A stretch of 64,000 bases of DNA from contig NIVC01001232.1 of assembly GCA_002269645.1 (NCBI GenBank), positions 20,393-84,392 on the forward strand, in the 5' to 3' direction. This DNA is from Macrostomum lignano. Lineage: Eukaryota. The notes beneath the pieces are model-generated. The model saw nothing but the letters and a program-made list of their open reading frames with translations. It was not told where the DNA came from and searched no databases. Position 1 is the stretch's first letter. Every line of letters begins with the position of its first letter. The position numbers and the translations under genes were made by a program. Shown here piece by piece: positions 44,740 through 58,300 of this stretch.

Positions 44740-45170
44740 GTTGTTCCCATTCCTAAAAAGCCGGGCACCACAAGGCTTGAAGAGCATCGAGGCATCTGCC
44801 TTCAGTCCTGCACTGCGCGATGATGTTCTTCAAATGGAAACTATCATCGCGGTTGCAACCCGTTCTGGATCCGTATCCTGGATCTTCGCCGAGTCATCGA
44901 GGAGGTGTGGATACGCAATTCGATCCTGACTGTTGTCTTCATAGATTTCAAGAATACATTCAAAGCAGTGGTATTCTTGCTCCCAATGGTACAACGTGCC
45001 AGGCTCCCGCAATCATGGCGGCATGAAAGCTGCTGTGTCAGCACTGGACAGCTTGCCTGACTTCTCTTCTACCAAACGACGACGGCTTTCTGCTACGGCG
45101 ACGCGTGAGTCAACAACAACTGGAGAGACGTCTTAGTGACCCACCGAGGGGGGGGGCATATGCAACAATC
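44740..45170 (+). mobile_element. Old LINE RT remnant related to the 2.7-5.7 kb element
   Basis: DLRRVIEEVWIRNSILTVVFIDFKNTF versus ALRRVIEEAHIRQSTLIIVFVDFRKAF; ACGACGGCTTTCTGCT is also shared. Confidence 0.7.
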
Positions 45171-46630
45171 AGCGTTTCGTCGACTGCGAGGCCCCCGGCC
45201 AGAGACGCGCCCTATAAAGTTGTTTTTTTTATAAGAACTGACAGAACATCTTGTTGTGCTGCTGTCTTGTACATGTATGCATGAATAACGTTGTCAAAGT
45301 TGTCGCTTCGTAGCTTGTAGCTTGAGATCAACTAAGCTGGTGCTTTTTTATATTTCTACAATGCTCAAAACATACATAACGCGCTACAACAAAGCCGCAA
45401 CTCCAAGTTTAATGCATTTGCGTGACTTACACTGCCTCTGTCTGCCCCGCAAACCATTTATCTACAATTGTTGTATAAAACGATTCTCACAAAATGGTCT
45501 GGGCATGTAATTAAGTCTGACAACAATAGACAATGGGAAGGTACTCAAAGGCATTTCAGCATCGCTTTGATTTGTCCAATAAATCGCGTGACGGCAGTTT
45601 ACCACCGTAGCAATAGAGCCAGGGACTATTCAAGTTCTAGGGACGGGGAAGGACAAAGTTGGAGACTGATATATTAAAAGCTTAGTCCTCGAAAAGCATT
45701 ACTTGGATACTCGTAGGTTTCACGACTGAAAAAAACTCACTTCAAGGGAATACACACAAAGTAGGCTCCCAAATTCTGTTGTTTTCTGTTCCCTGGCATT
45801 GAGTATTCCCTGAATAGAGCCTACGCTCGTAGAAGACTGAAGAGCCACCGATTAATCAGGGACTTGAAGTAATGGAAACATATTTAACAGAAAATTTATC
45901 ACTTTTTTGTTGATTTGCTGCTGCATCACTCGGCGCAACTTTATGGAAATGACGACGAATCGACCTTCCTTAAGACAGCTGGATGCACAGAATAGTTTTG
46001 GGGTTGAATTTGTTTAAATCTGTTTTAGACACAGTATACAGTAGATGGCAGCTATCTGCAGAACTCTATGAATAGAGCACATATTCATTGGGTTTCCTGT
46101 CCTGTCCTTTTCTGTACCAGGGACAAGCAGCCATTCCAGTAAATCAATGCATCTCATTTCTGCAGCGCAATGCTACTTACCTAAACAAGAGCTCTTACAG
46201 AGCTCTTACAGTAACTGATGATATTGGCATGCATCTTTGGCAGGATGAGGAGAGCAGATGTAAGAGAGGGTGAAATGATTCAGACTTTGCAAATGGCATC
46301 GGGAGTGCCTTCCGTTTCCATGCAGGTGGAAAGCTGCAGATTAGAGTGGATTAAGGAGAACAGGGGGGCGCAAAGGACGCGTATCTCAAAAAGCCATTCC
46401 AGAACGTTTCAGTTTAGCTCAGCTACTCTGCCTTCTATCCCCTTGTTGGCGATCAGAAAGCGATTCCACTACGATTGGCCAAATCCTGTGTCCACTAGCG
46501 AACCCATGAGGAGCATTCACTCTCTGAGAATATAAGACCGACAAAGCTGTTTTTTAATTATTAGACCAGAATACAAAAAGTCCCCAATTTCCCAGACAGA
46601 GAAGTATTACAGCTCGGCAGCAGGTACGAA

Positions 46631-48724
46631 ATGTCTCGCCTTCATTTAGAGAGAGACAGTAAAATCAAAAGCATCCGCATCGATCCCGCTGATACTACTA
46701 ACGACGACTCCGTCCAACCCAAGTCAGCAAAACGACCTTCCTCTACCGAAGCCGTCGCTGACCCCGATCTCAGCGCTTGCAACCTCCTCCGGCCCTACTT
46801 TACCTTTTTCTCTTGGATCGGCTTGCTACCCGGCCTGCTGACCGGCTGGCGGCGGCGCCTGGTCACCACCGTTGCCGCAGTCTTAAGCTTGTTGGCGTTC
46901 GTTGAGGCAGCCGCAATCAGTATTCAGCAGCTAAGGATGTCGCGGGAACTTGACGCCAGGGCGATGCTCTCGACAACGCTGATCACTTTTTATCTTTACT
47001 GCAGCTTTTCGCAGTCCATATTAGTGTACTTAAGCTGCGTTGGTCGCTTTGTCGATTTCTTTAAATTGGTCGACAACGCGCTGACAAGCCTCAAAGACTG
47101 GGGCGCGCCCGGCAACTGCGTTGACAAGCACTGGGAGAAAAGCTGCCGTCGGCACCGTCTCTTGTTCTGGGGTGGCACCGCCGGCGTGCTGGCGAACTCT
47201 GTGTTCTCAGCCGTGCTCATTCTGCTGCTGCCGCGCCGGAATCCGTTCGAATACAGTCTGCGCTTGCTGGAGCCGGAGGAAGCCCTGGCGCCAGTCTACC
47301 AGATTGAGTGGCGTTACATTTTCTGGCGAGTCGGCATCTCACTGCTGCTGGTAGTGAAGACCTGTGTGTGGATCTACTCAATGCTGATCTTCCTCATCAT
47401 AGCGGCGATCGTCGCCTCCGTCTTCAGCGCCTATGACATCGTTCTGGACAAGCAGCTCGCCCAGGCTGACTCGTCTGGTGTAGGCGAAGTTTCTGGCAAG
47501 CAGGTTCGAGTCTGCAGGCGACACTTTGTAAACCTACTGGACCTGCTGAAAGCTGCTGACGGTCTAGTCAGCAAGTACCTGTCTGCCACCTTCATGTTCG
47601 GCCTTACCTGTCCGATCCTGCTGCTGTACTATCTAATCCAGTTTCCTGAGTCGCGACAGGAGACTCTGTTCCTGTTCATCATGCTGTTCTGGGTGGCCAT
47701 GGGATTCGCGTTCCTGTTCGTTCCGGTGGCAGTGGCCGGGTACATCAGCGATCTGGCAAGTCTAACTCAGCAATCAAAGCTTGCTATTTTTTGTTCTGTT
47801 CTTTGTTTTGTTTTGGTCTCAAAATTGAATTTCGGGCATTTATTAAAAGCCACCAAACCAAACCTACATTTTCAGACAAAGAGACCGAAGCAAAATATCC
47901 AGAGGCTCACGGTTGTGCAAGAGCCACAAGAAGTACGATCTTTTTATCAGTGCCTAATGTGAAGCATTTAACACCGCAATTCTACCGTGTTACTAAACTC
48001 CGATCTTGCAGCTCGTCCAGTTCGTAAACATTTTATCCTCGGAAGACAATGGCCTGACCTGCTTCTCCTTATTCGTAATCAAGAAATCTTTGGTTCTAGA
48101 AGTGAGTAGCCTTTTGATCTCGTGATTTAATAATTTAATAATTGATTTTTATAGCTGCTCTAGGGCAGATGTGCAGCCGACAGCTCAGCCTCGCAGCTAC
48201 GGCTGTTTAGTCCATCCAAGGACTGGGGGGTCGCCACACACACCATCAATTACCCTACAGCTAATGCTGGCACCCATTTTACAGCTGGGTGAACTGAAGC
48301 AATGCTGAGTTAAGTGCCTTGCTCAAGGACACAAATTGTTCCGAGTGGGTCGAGAATCGAAATGGTCTACGAGCGTAGACTCCAGCGAGTGTAAAACGTC
48401 CTTATGAACAAACAGACAGTCCCGTATTAACTGCACTCAGTGTGCTTAAGAAACGCATGTTTGAGCAAGTAATCTGTAGTTGGCAGACCTACATGTATAG
48501 GTAGAAGCAATCAAATTAATTAAATGATGGCTGATCCCAATGGTGAGTGGAGCACTATGGTAGTTGCCATGCAAATAATTGCTTCTTTCCCGACTCATTC
48601 ATTTCAGCTTGCTGGTCTATTTCTGACCTATTTTTTCCTGCTTGTGCAGATGAAGCCGCCAGATTGCAACTGCTGCAACCAAACATCTGCTGGGGCTACG
48701 AATGGCAACGCCACGACTGGCTGA
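46631..48724 (+). CDS. Gustatory receptor-like (GRL) 7TM ion-channel family protein, ~462 aa; exons 46631-47755, 47876-47932, 48012-48101, 48608-48724
   Basis: Multiple TM segments. The spliced C-terminus reads ..LVQFVNILSSEDNGLTCFSLFVIKKSLVLE|LAGLFLTYFFLLVQM and contains the TYhhhhhQ motif. There are three phase-0 introns (GC-AG, GT-AG, GT-AG). Confidence 0.85.
48167..48365 (-). mobile_element. tRNA-derived CORE-SINE-like element in GRL intron 3
   Basis: CCCATTTTACAGCTGGGTGAACTG..GTTAAGTGCCTTGCTCAAGGACACA resembles the CORE-SINE reverse strand. B-box-like TTCGATTC on the minus strand at ~48352-48362. A second copy lies at 39754. Confidence 0.55.
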
Positions 48725-49386
48725 TCTGTTATCGACGCCCAGGAAGCAAAGTTAGCTACCGATCCATTCCAACTTTTAAACGACGTTTATAGCTACTTGG
48801 ATTGAATTTGGGACTTTGATTTATCATCTCGTATACTCTCCCAGTTTTATTCGCATCTCCCGTCTCTGTGGCTGTGCAGATAAAAGTTTAATCACTTTTA
48901 TAGTAAGGTTTAGTGTTAAAAGAGTCATCTCTCTAGCTCTATATATATATAGGCTCTATGGTTGATACCTTTTGAGCATTGCTGTAGTGTACATGTATTT
49001 AAATGTATGTACTGCTGGAGTTTTCTATGACTTGTTAAAAAGTTTCACGCGTGTGTTTGGATGGATTAAAACGAGAAGAAGACACTAAATATAACAAATT
49101 ATCCATAAAATATTCTAGTTTTTGAACAATATGAGTGTTTTAACTTTTAATTGTAACTTTTCGTGGTTTACGAAAAGTAATCTAATTAAAACATTTGATA
49201 TAATTTACAATTCTAAGCATTCTAAAGTACGGCCTATTTCAAAAAATTTAATGTTTCTAAAAAAGTGCATTATTAGTTAATGTTCAATTCTGAAGACTCA
49301 CAGAGTACATCGTCTTTCACTAGACTACGACTAGGCCTACACTTATTATTTTGCATAAAATTACAGCAACAGGTTTTATCACAAAA

Positions 49387-52300
49387 ATGACTTTAACAAG
49401 CTTTCTTGATGTGAAAGCCGATCAACCAAAATCAGACGAAACGAAGATCGACCTGCTGAAAAGCCTAAATGTTAATGCCATCAATGTTGGAAATGTTACT
49501 GGCCAAGAACATCCAGCTACTGTCGTAAGTTTCTAGATGTAATTTGAATTATTATGGTGTGTTTTTTCTTCTGTCTTGGTCATGTTTATTTCCTTATGGC
49601 TCATTTTATTTTTTTCATATCCTAGATGGCTAGGCGCCTAGTAGGCCCTATAAATAGCAACTAGCCCTAGCCCCTATATAGTATATAGTCTAGAGGCCTA
49701 CCCAGCTAGGTAATATCATTTTTATTGTCTAGTTTAGAATTCAGCTGAATGATTAATGGACATAGGCCTAGTGCAAACAGTTAATGAAAGATTAACTTTA
49801 GGTTAGGCCCTAAATAAAAAACTTAAGCCTAGCTTAGCTAGACTCTATACTAGAGTCTAGACTTACATGGCAATGTCCTAGTTTCCTGCATTAAATTATT
49901 TTGACATTAAATTTTAATCAAATAAACCCAAATGAGTTTAACAAAATATACATTAGTAATAGTATAGCTTTTAACCTTTTTAAGCCTAAAGACAAATAGT
50001 TTATAAATTTAATAAAGATACTAGTGATAACCCATAGTCTGGAACTAGAATGTGGCCTTTATGGAAAATTCCAGTGTATTTTTTGCCCTCACTGACAATC
50101 TTGGCGTACTCTTAGTGTATTGAATTGTCAGGGTCAATATGAATTTTACACAGTTGGCATAAAAAATAGCCGAGTTCAGGGCTAATATAATTGTATAGTT
50201 AAATATCAACAAACAAAAGCTCTTTTAAAAATAATTGGAAACTAAAATAAAAAATATAAGGTAATTTAATGGGAAAAGTAAAATTAAAGCAAAGAATATC
50301 AGTTTTAGTAAAAAAAAATAGCATGCTAAAGTTTAGTAAAACTTTTATTTCTAAAAATATATGTTCTTTAAAAAATTGGCATACAAATAACTCTGACCTT
50401 GGTGTAATTTTTTTAAATTTTACATCAGTGTAAAATTGAAAAAACATGAATTTTCATTCTAGCATATGCCTGCCATAATCTGGACTATGGGTGATAAGTG
50501 ATAACCTTTTTGACTCCCACTTTAGCATTTAGCAAGTTTCTCTAGCACTGACTATCCCATAGCCACAAGAAGTACTTTGGCAACTTCCTGTACTAGATGA
50601 TCTATTACTCTATTATATTGTATATATAATAGGCCTCCAGTTTTTAAAACAATTTCCTAGAAAAAGTTGTTTTTCAAAAATGTATTACTGTTGTTATACT
50701 ATGCAAATATTAAAAATATTTCTTATATGCAAAATATTCTAAATAATCTATGTATTAATACTTTGTTTTAAATAATAGAAAAATATTTACTATAAAAAAG
50801 AGTTAGCTAGGAGCCAAAATTATTAACCTTTTCTTGTTTGTTGGTCTTGTACCATTGTTTTGAACATTGATCAAGCTTCAAATCAGCCTTGGGCTTATTA
50901 TCACTCATGTTACTTTTTTCAAATAATAGATAGTGACATAAGAGTTACCCCAAGATTGAGAGTTCAGTCTATTCTCAGAAAATGAGACATCCAAATCTAG
51001 GATCTGAGAAATTGCCTTTTTTATGTTTTTACTTGTTTGCTTGTCTAGAAATACTGACAATAAGACTTGTTCTATCTATAGTACTTGATAATCCAAAGGA
51101 AATGCCAGTTATAGCCTTGGTGCTATACTAGATTTGACATCAAACCTATACTATATATGCTATGTCAAAGTCAATTATAAGAGAGCACTACTAGATATAC
51201 TTAAGGATATATTTATATTTCAATCCTTGGAAAATTTGCAAAGGATAAATGAGCCATAATGGATAATAAATGTTTGGCTATCAGTAGGCTTGAAGTATAT
51301 CCTGGTTTTAAGACTTGCTATTGCCATTGTGGTCTTAGAGGATGATAATATCTAGAAAATTGACCTCTATGTTGTTATAGCTCAGTTGCAGCAAATGTTT
51401 GGGTCAAAGATGTTTAAGTATTGATGGAACTAGACTAGCTCTACCTGCTATACATTACAAGATCTCAATGTAATGAAGCCACAGTTTATGCTTCTGCAAG
51501 CTAGTCTCTAGGCCTCTTTTCTTTCAATAGCCCATGTAGATTTTGTAGTATCTAGGCACAAATGACTTCCCCATGGTAGTATCTTTCATATGCTAGGAAT
51601 TATGTATGATTCCTATATAATAATTGGAAATTATTATGGGCCAAATTGGTTAATAATTGGCCAGAACTACTTGGAAAATAAAAAGAATAAAAAACCCTAA
51701 ATCAATATAACTTTTTAAACCTAAGGCTCAAAGCCAACATTTGGAAGTCAATATAATGATTAATGGTATGAAATTTTTTTCTAAAATGAAATTCCTTTCT
51801 CAAATTATAGTTATTAGCTAGAATAACAGGTTTGAAACTCCTATTTTTTATTAGTAGTACTTTTCCTACTTAAAAGCACCTAGAAAATAGTCATAGTGAA
51901 CCTTGAATCTAGAAATGAAAAATGCATAGACACTTTGTATGAAATTGTAAGAAAGAAATATAGATTCTAGAATATAGTATTTTTTACACTATATAATTAA
52001 AGACCGGCTGAGAACTAAGAAACTCGTTAAAGAGAGTTAGAGAAGGAGAGAGGTCACAGCATATTAAGTTCCAAATTGAGTTCTAAAAATGGCAATCAGT
52101 TTCAAGCCTTTAGGCTCTTCATCAGGCCAAAAAATAACATATAGTGTTTGTTTTAAATTAAGATTCTTTTCACTAATATTTTCAAGAATTTCTATAAGCT
52201 TTTCTGACATTTTGAAGCATTCACTAAGCATTCATTGTATAAAGTTTCAGAGTATAATTAAAGTCATATAGTGATATTTCAATACAACAAAAAACTAACT

Positions 52301-55300
52301 CAATACCTAAAGGATCTAATAAAATCCTTGTTAAGGATGGGGAGGGGGGTTACATTTCAAATACAAGAGTGTCAACACATCTTTATTTGATAAATAATAT
52401 AGTAAATAAGCAGTAAATAAATAACACTGCTAACTGCAGTTGTGTCAATATCAATGCTAATATACAAGGTGTATTCAAAAAGTTCTTTTCAGTCCTCTGG
52501 CATTTACTTTTAGAAAGCTTTGTAAACAAAATTTTAGCGATTTCACCAGGTTATGTCTATGCCCTAAATGTTCATAGGGTTTGTTTGCAACTATGTCTGA
52601 GCAGCGAACCTTTCTATCAGCTACCACTCATTTTTTGGCCATGGTGGAATCATTTTCAAAACAAGACGTTCGAAACTTGATGAAGTTTCCGTTTCTGCAA
52701 GGAAAAAAGCCGCCGGATATGTTTAGGGAGCTTCAGCAAGTGCTTGGCAACTGTGCACCAACTGAGCAGACAGCGAAAATGGTACCGGCTATTCGCTGAG
52801 GGAAGAGAGAGCGTTGTGGACAGCTGGGATCCTGAGACAAAGGCCCAGTCTGCCGAATGGCTTCCAGCACATTCTCCAAAACCTCAGAAGGCCATCAGGA
52901 AGCAAGGTGCGCTGAAGATCATGCACGTCATGTTCTTTGATTCCCAAGGAATCCTGCTGAACTGGGCACAAGGAACCACCGTCAATGGGGACTACTACAA
53001 GTGGATTCTGCAGGAGTTGCGCCCAGCAACATGCTTGGGCGCAACCTTGGGATTCACTCGGCCGTTTCTATTGGCAACACACACATGTATGTCGCTATTG
53101 GACAGAATAGTAGTCACGTGACTGCTCTCAGCCAATAGTGACTTACATGTGTGTGTTGCCTATAGAAACGGCCGGGTGATTCCCAAGGTTGCGCATGTAT
53201 GCCCAGCAATACGAAAGAGGCTATCACTGACTCTCTTAGATCTGCTGGAAACCGGCGTGATCCTGCTGCACGACAATGCGCCAGCACATCGCAAGCACAA
53301 CGTCGTGGAACTCTTGAGCAAATAGGGCTGGAAAAAGCTCCAACATCTACCCTATTCGCTTGATTTGTCACCGTGCGACTTTTTCTTATTTCCATTTGTG
53401 AAGAGGCACCTGAATTTGTTTGACCAACCGAGTGAAAAATATTAGCTTAAGAGTATACTGATAGTTGTACCTGCATCTGAACATTAAATATGAAAATTTC
53501 CAATGTTTTGTTCTCTAGATGACAGAATTAGATTTTATGCGATCACACTACTTGCAGTAGGAAACCGCTAACAAATTACGAACAAATTATTTTCACAAAC
53601 TACTCCAGAATACGAGTTCTGTACTATTTTTAGTATTATTTTCCATATTTAGTAAATTTATTAATTCATTAGTCCTTTGTGCTTTGGGTTTAAATATTTT
53701 CTACTGTATTTTTTACTTTTTTATAAAAACTGGCCGTCACATTTCTGCTATTCTGGGCGTTTCCCCCGCTCTCTATTCTCTCACTGCCTTCCCGTGTGTA
53801 GCTGGGGCGCCGCCCTTGTTATTATTACCTTCCATCTATCGCCTAGTCTAGCCAGACAACTCGCTATATGGAGTAGTTTAGCAAACTTTCTATACCTCTC
53901 TTTAGTTAGTTACCTTCAGCGGTCTGTCTAGATACTACAGCCACTACGGTATGAACTTTGTAATATGCCCGGCAGTCTTCGCACTGTAAAACTATATTCA
54001 CCATTACACCATTACCCACCATACCCACATACCCATTAAAATACGCTTCGCTGCCTGCTGTCCTGAAATATATGATGTCACTCCCCGTGGAATATATGAT
54101 GTCACTCCCTGTGGAATATATGATGTCACTCCCTGTGGAATATATGATGTCACTCCCTGTGGAATATATGATGTCACTCCCTGTGGAATATATGATGTCA
54201 CTTCCTGTAGAATATATGATGTCACTCCCTGTGGAATATATGATGTCACTCCCTGTGAAATATATGATGTCACTCCCTGTGGAATATATGATGTCACTCC
54301 CTGTGGAATATATGATGTCACTCCCCGTGGAATATATGATGTCACTCCCTGTGGAATATATGATGTCGCTTCCTGTAGAATATATGATGTCACTCCCTGT
54401 GGAATATATGATCTCACTCCCCGTGGAATATATGATGTCACTCCCTGTGGAATATATGATGTCACTTCCTGTGGAATATATGATGTCACTCCCTGTGGAA
54501 TATATGATGTCACTCCCTGTGGAATATATGATGTCACTCCCCGTGGAATATATGATGTCACTCCCTGTGGAATATATGATGTCACTTCCTGTAGAATATA
54601 TGATGTCACTCCCTGTGGAATATATGATCTCACTCCCCGTGGAATATATGATGTCACTCCCTGTGGAATATATGATGTCACTTCCTGTGGAATATATAAT
54701 GTCACTCCCTATGGAATATATGATGTCACTCCCTGTGGAATATATAATGTCACTCCCTGTGGAATATATGATGTCACTTCCTGTGGAATATATAATGTCA
54801 CTCCCTGTGGAATATATGGTGTCACTTCCTGTAGAATATATGATGTCACTCCCTGTGGAATATATGATGTCACTCCCTGTGGAATATATGATGTCACTCC
54901 CTGTGGAATATATGATGTCACTCCCTGTGGAATATATGATGTCACTCCCTGTGGAATATATGATGTCACTCCCTGTGGAATATATGATGTCACTCCCTGT
55001 GGAATATATGATGTCACTCCCTGTGGAATATATGATGTCACTCCCTGTGGAATATATGATGTCACTCCCCGTGGAATATATGATGTCACTCCCTGTGGAA
55101 TATATGATGTCACTCCCCGTGGAATATATGATGTCACTCCCTGTGGAATATATGATGTCACTCCCCGTGGAATATATAATGTCACTCCCTGTGGAATATA
55201 TGATGTCACTCCCTGTGGAATATATGATGTCACTCCCTGTGGAATATATGATGTCACTCCCTGTGGAATATATGATGTCACTCCCTGTGGAATATATGAT

Positions 55301-58300
55301 GTCACTCCCTGTGGAATATATGATGTCACTCCCTGTGGAATATATGATGTCACTCCCTGTGGAATATATGATGTCACTCCCTGTGGAATATATGATGTCA
55401 CTCCCTGTGGAATATATGATGTCACTCCCTGTGGAATATATGATGTCACTTCCCGTGGAATATATGATGTCACTCCCCGTGGAATATATGATGTCACTCC
55501 CTGTGGAATATATGATGTCACTCCCTGTGGAATATATGATGTCACTCCCTGTGGAATATATGATGTCACTCCCTGTGGAATATATGATGTCACTCCCTGT
55601 GGAATATATGATGTCACTCCCTGTGGAATATATGATGTCACTCCCTGTGGAATATATGATGTCACTCCCTGTGGAATATATGATGTCACTCCCTGTGGAA
55701 TATATGATGTCACTCCCTGTGGAATATATGATGTCACTCCCTGTGGAATATATGATGTCACTCCCTGTGGAATATATGATGTCACTCCCTGTGGAATATA
55801 TGATGTCACTCCCTGTGGAATATATGATGTCACTCCCTGTGGAATATATGATGTCACTCCCTGTGGAATATATGATGTCACTCCCTGTGGAATATATGAT
55901 GTCACTCCCTGTGGAATATATGATGTCACTCCCTGTGGAATATATGATGTCACTCCCTGTGGAATATATGATGTCACTCCCTGTGGAATATATGATGTCA
56001 CTCCCTGTGGAATATATGATGTCACTCCCTGTGGAATATATGATGTCACTCCCTGTGGAATATATGATGTCACTCCCTGTGGAATATATGATGTCACTCC
56101 CTGTGGAATATATGATGTCACTCCCTGTGGAATATATGATGTCACTCCCTGTGGAATATATGATGTCACTCCCCGTGGAATATATGATGTCACTCCCTGT
56201 GGAATATATGATGTCACTCCCTGTGGAATATATGATGTCACTCCCTGTGGAATATATGATGTCACTCCCTGTGGAATATATGATGTCACTCCCTGTGGAA
56301 TATATGATGTCACTCCCTGTGGAATATATGATGTCACTCCCTGTGGAATATATGATGTCACTCCCTGTGGAATATATGATGTCACTCCCTGTAGAATATA
56401 TGATGTCACTCCCCGTGGAATATATGATGTCACTCCCTGTGGAATATATGATGTCACTCCCTGTGGAATATATGATGTCACTCCCTGTGGAATATATGAT
56501 GTCACTCCCTGTGGAATATATGATGTCACTCCCTGTGGAATATATGATGTCACTCCCTGTGGAATATATGATGTCACTCCCTGTGGAATATATGATGTCA
56601 CTCCCTGTGGAATATATGATGTCACTCCCTGTGGAATATATGATGTCACTCCCTGTGGAATATATGATGTCACTCCCTGTGGAATATATGATGTCACTCC
56701 CTGTGGAATATATGATGTCACTCCCTGTGGAATATATGATGTCACTCCCTGTGGAATATATGATGTCACTCCCTGTGGAATATATGATGTCACTCCCTGT
56801 GGAATATATGATGTCACTCCCTGTGGAATATATGATGTCACTCCCTGTGGAATATATGATGTCACTCCCTGTGGAATATATGATGTCACTCCCTGTGGAA
56901 TATATGATGTCACTCCCTGTGGAATATATGATGTCACTCCCTGTGGAATATATGATGTCACTCCCTGTGGAATATATGATGTCACTCCCTGTGGAATATA
57001 TGATGTCACTCCCTGTGGAATATATGATGTCACTCCCTGTGGAATATATGATGTCACTCCCTGTGGAATATATGATGTCACTCCCTGTGGAATATATGAT
57101 GTCACTCCCTGTAGAATATATGATGGCACTCCCTGTGGAATATATGATGTCACTCCCTGTGGAATATATGATGTCACTCCCTGTGGAATATATGATGTCA
57201 CTCCCTGTAGAATATATGATGGCACTCCCTGTGGAATATATGATGTCACTCCCTGTGGAATATATGATGTCACTCCCTGTGGAATATATGATGTCACTCC
57301 GAGTGAAATATATGATGTCACTCCCTGTGGAATATATGATGTCACTCCGAGTGAAATATATGATGTCACTCCCTGTGGAATATATGATGTCACTCCCTGT
57401 GGAATATATGATGTCACTCCCTGTGGAATATATGATGGCACTCCCTGTGGAATATATGATGTCACTCCCTGTGGAATATATGATGTCACTCCGAGTGAAA
57501 TATATGATGTCACTCCCTGTGGAATATATGATGTCACTCCCTGTGGAATATATGATGGCACTCCCTGTGGAATATATGATGTCACTATAACGTTTGCTTT
57601 CCAGTCGCAGGGGTTATCATTAATTCCTATTTATTCCCCCCCCATAATTCTTCACCAGCGACCTCCCACCTACTCAGTGGAGTATGTCGAGCTTTACAAC
57701 CACCGTGCGGCCAGGCGCCGCCGGCTGTGCCGCATCTTCGCCTGGCTGCTGGCTGTGTTCCTCCTGCTGGACATTGGCGTCGTGCTGTACATCGGGCTGC
57801 GCATGCGCCAGCACCAGCGCAACGGTTCGGATTCGGCCGACTCGACTGTCAACTGCCGGATCCGATTTCGCCAGGCCGACGGGCGGGTTGAAAGCCGAAG
57901 CGAGCTGGTTAAAACTGACGGCTCCGGCCGCGTACTGATGCAGCCGTCATGGGACTCGGACGGCCGGCCAACCGTGCTGCACAACCAGCTGAGAGGCTTC
58001 ACTCTGCTGCGCGCCCCGTCCGCTCAGCTGTGCTTTGTGAAGCGCTCGACCTGGCGCAGGCACGACTGGGCCAGTAATGTTGTCATCTGGGCCAAGGTGG
58101 GGCTACTGGGTTGCTTACTGCGTTCAGTGTATCTGCGTACGGCAGCTGGGCCGCCTCTCCGTCACACCTTTCTATTTCACTTCTTACTCTCGTATCTCAA
58201 TCTCACCTCTCCCTCTCGCATCTCAATCTATTCTCACTTCTCCCTCTCGCCTTTCCCTCTCGCATCTCAATCTCACCTCTCTTTCTCGCCTCTCCCTCTC

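Noticed and set aside
54004-57590. Very long ORFs (1172 aa MMSLPVEY-repeat; 958 aa GVTSYIPQ-repeat)
   Set aside because: These are by-products of a stop-free 24-bp minisatellite. They are open on both strands, have no unique domains, and lie in a predicted intron.
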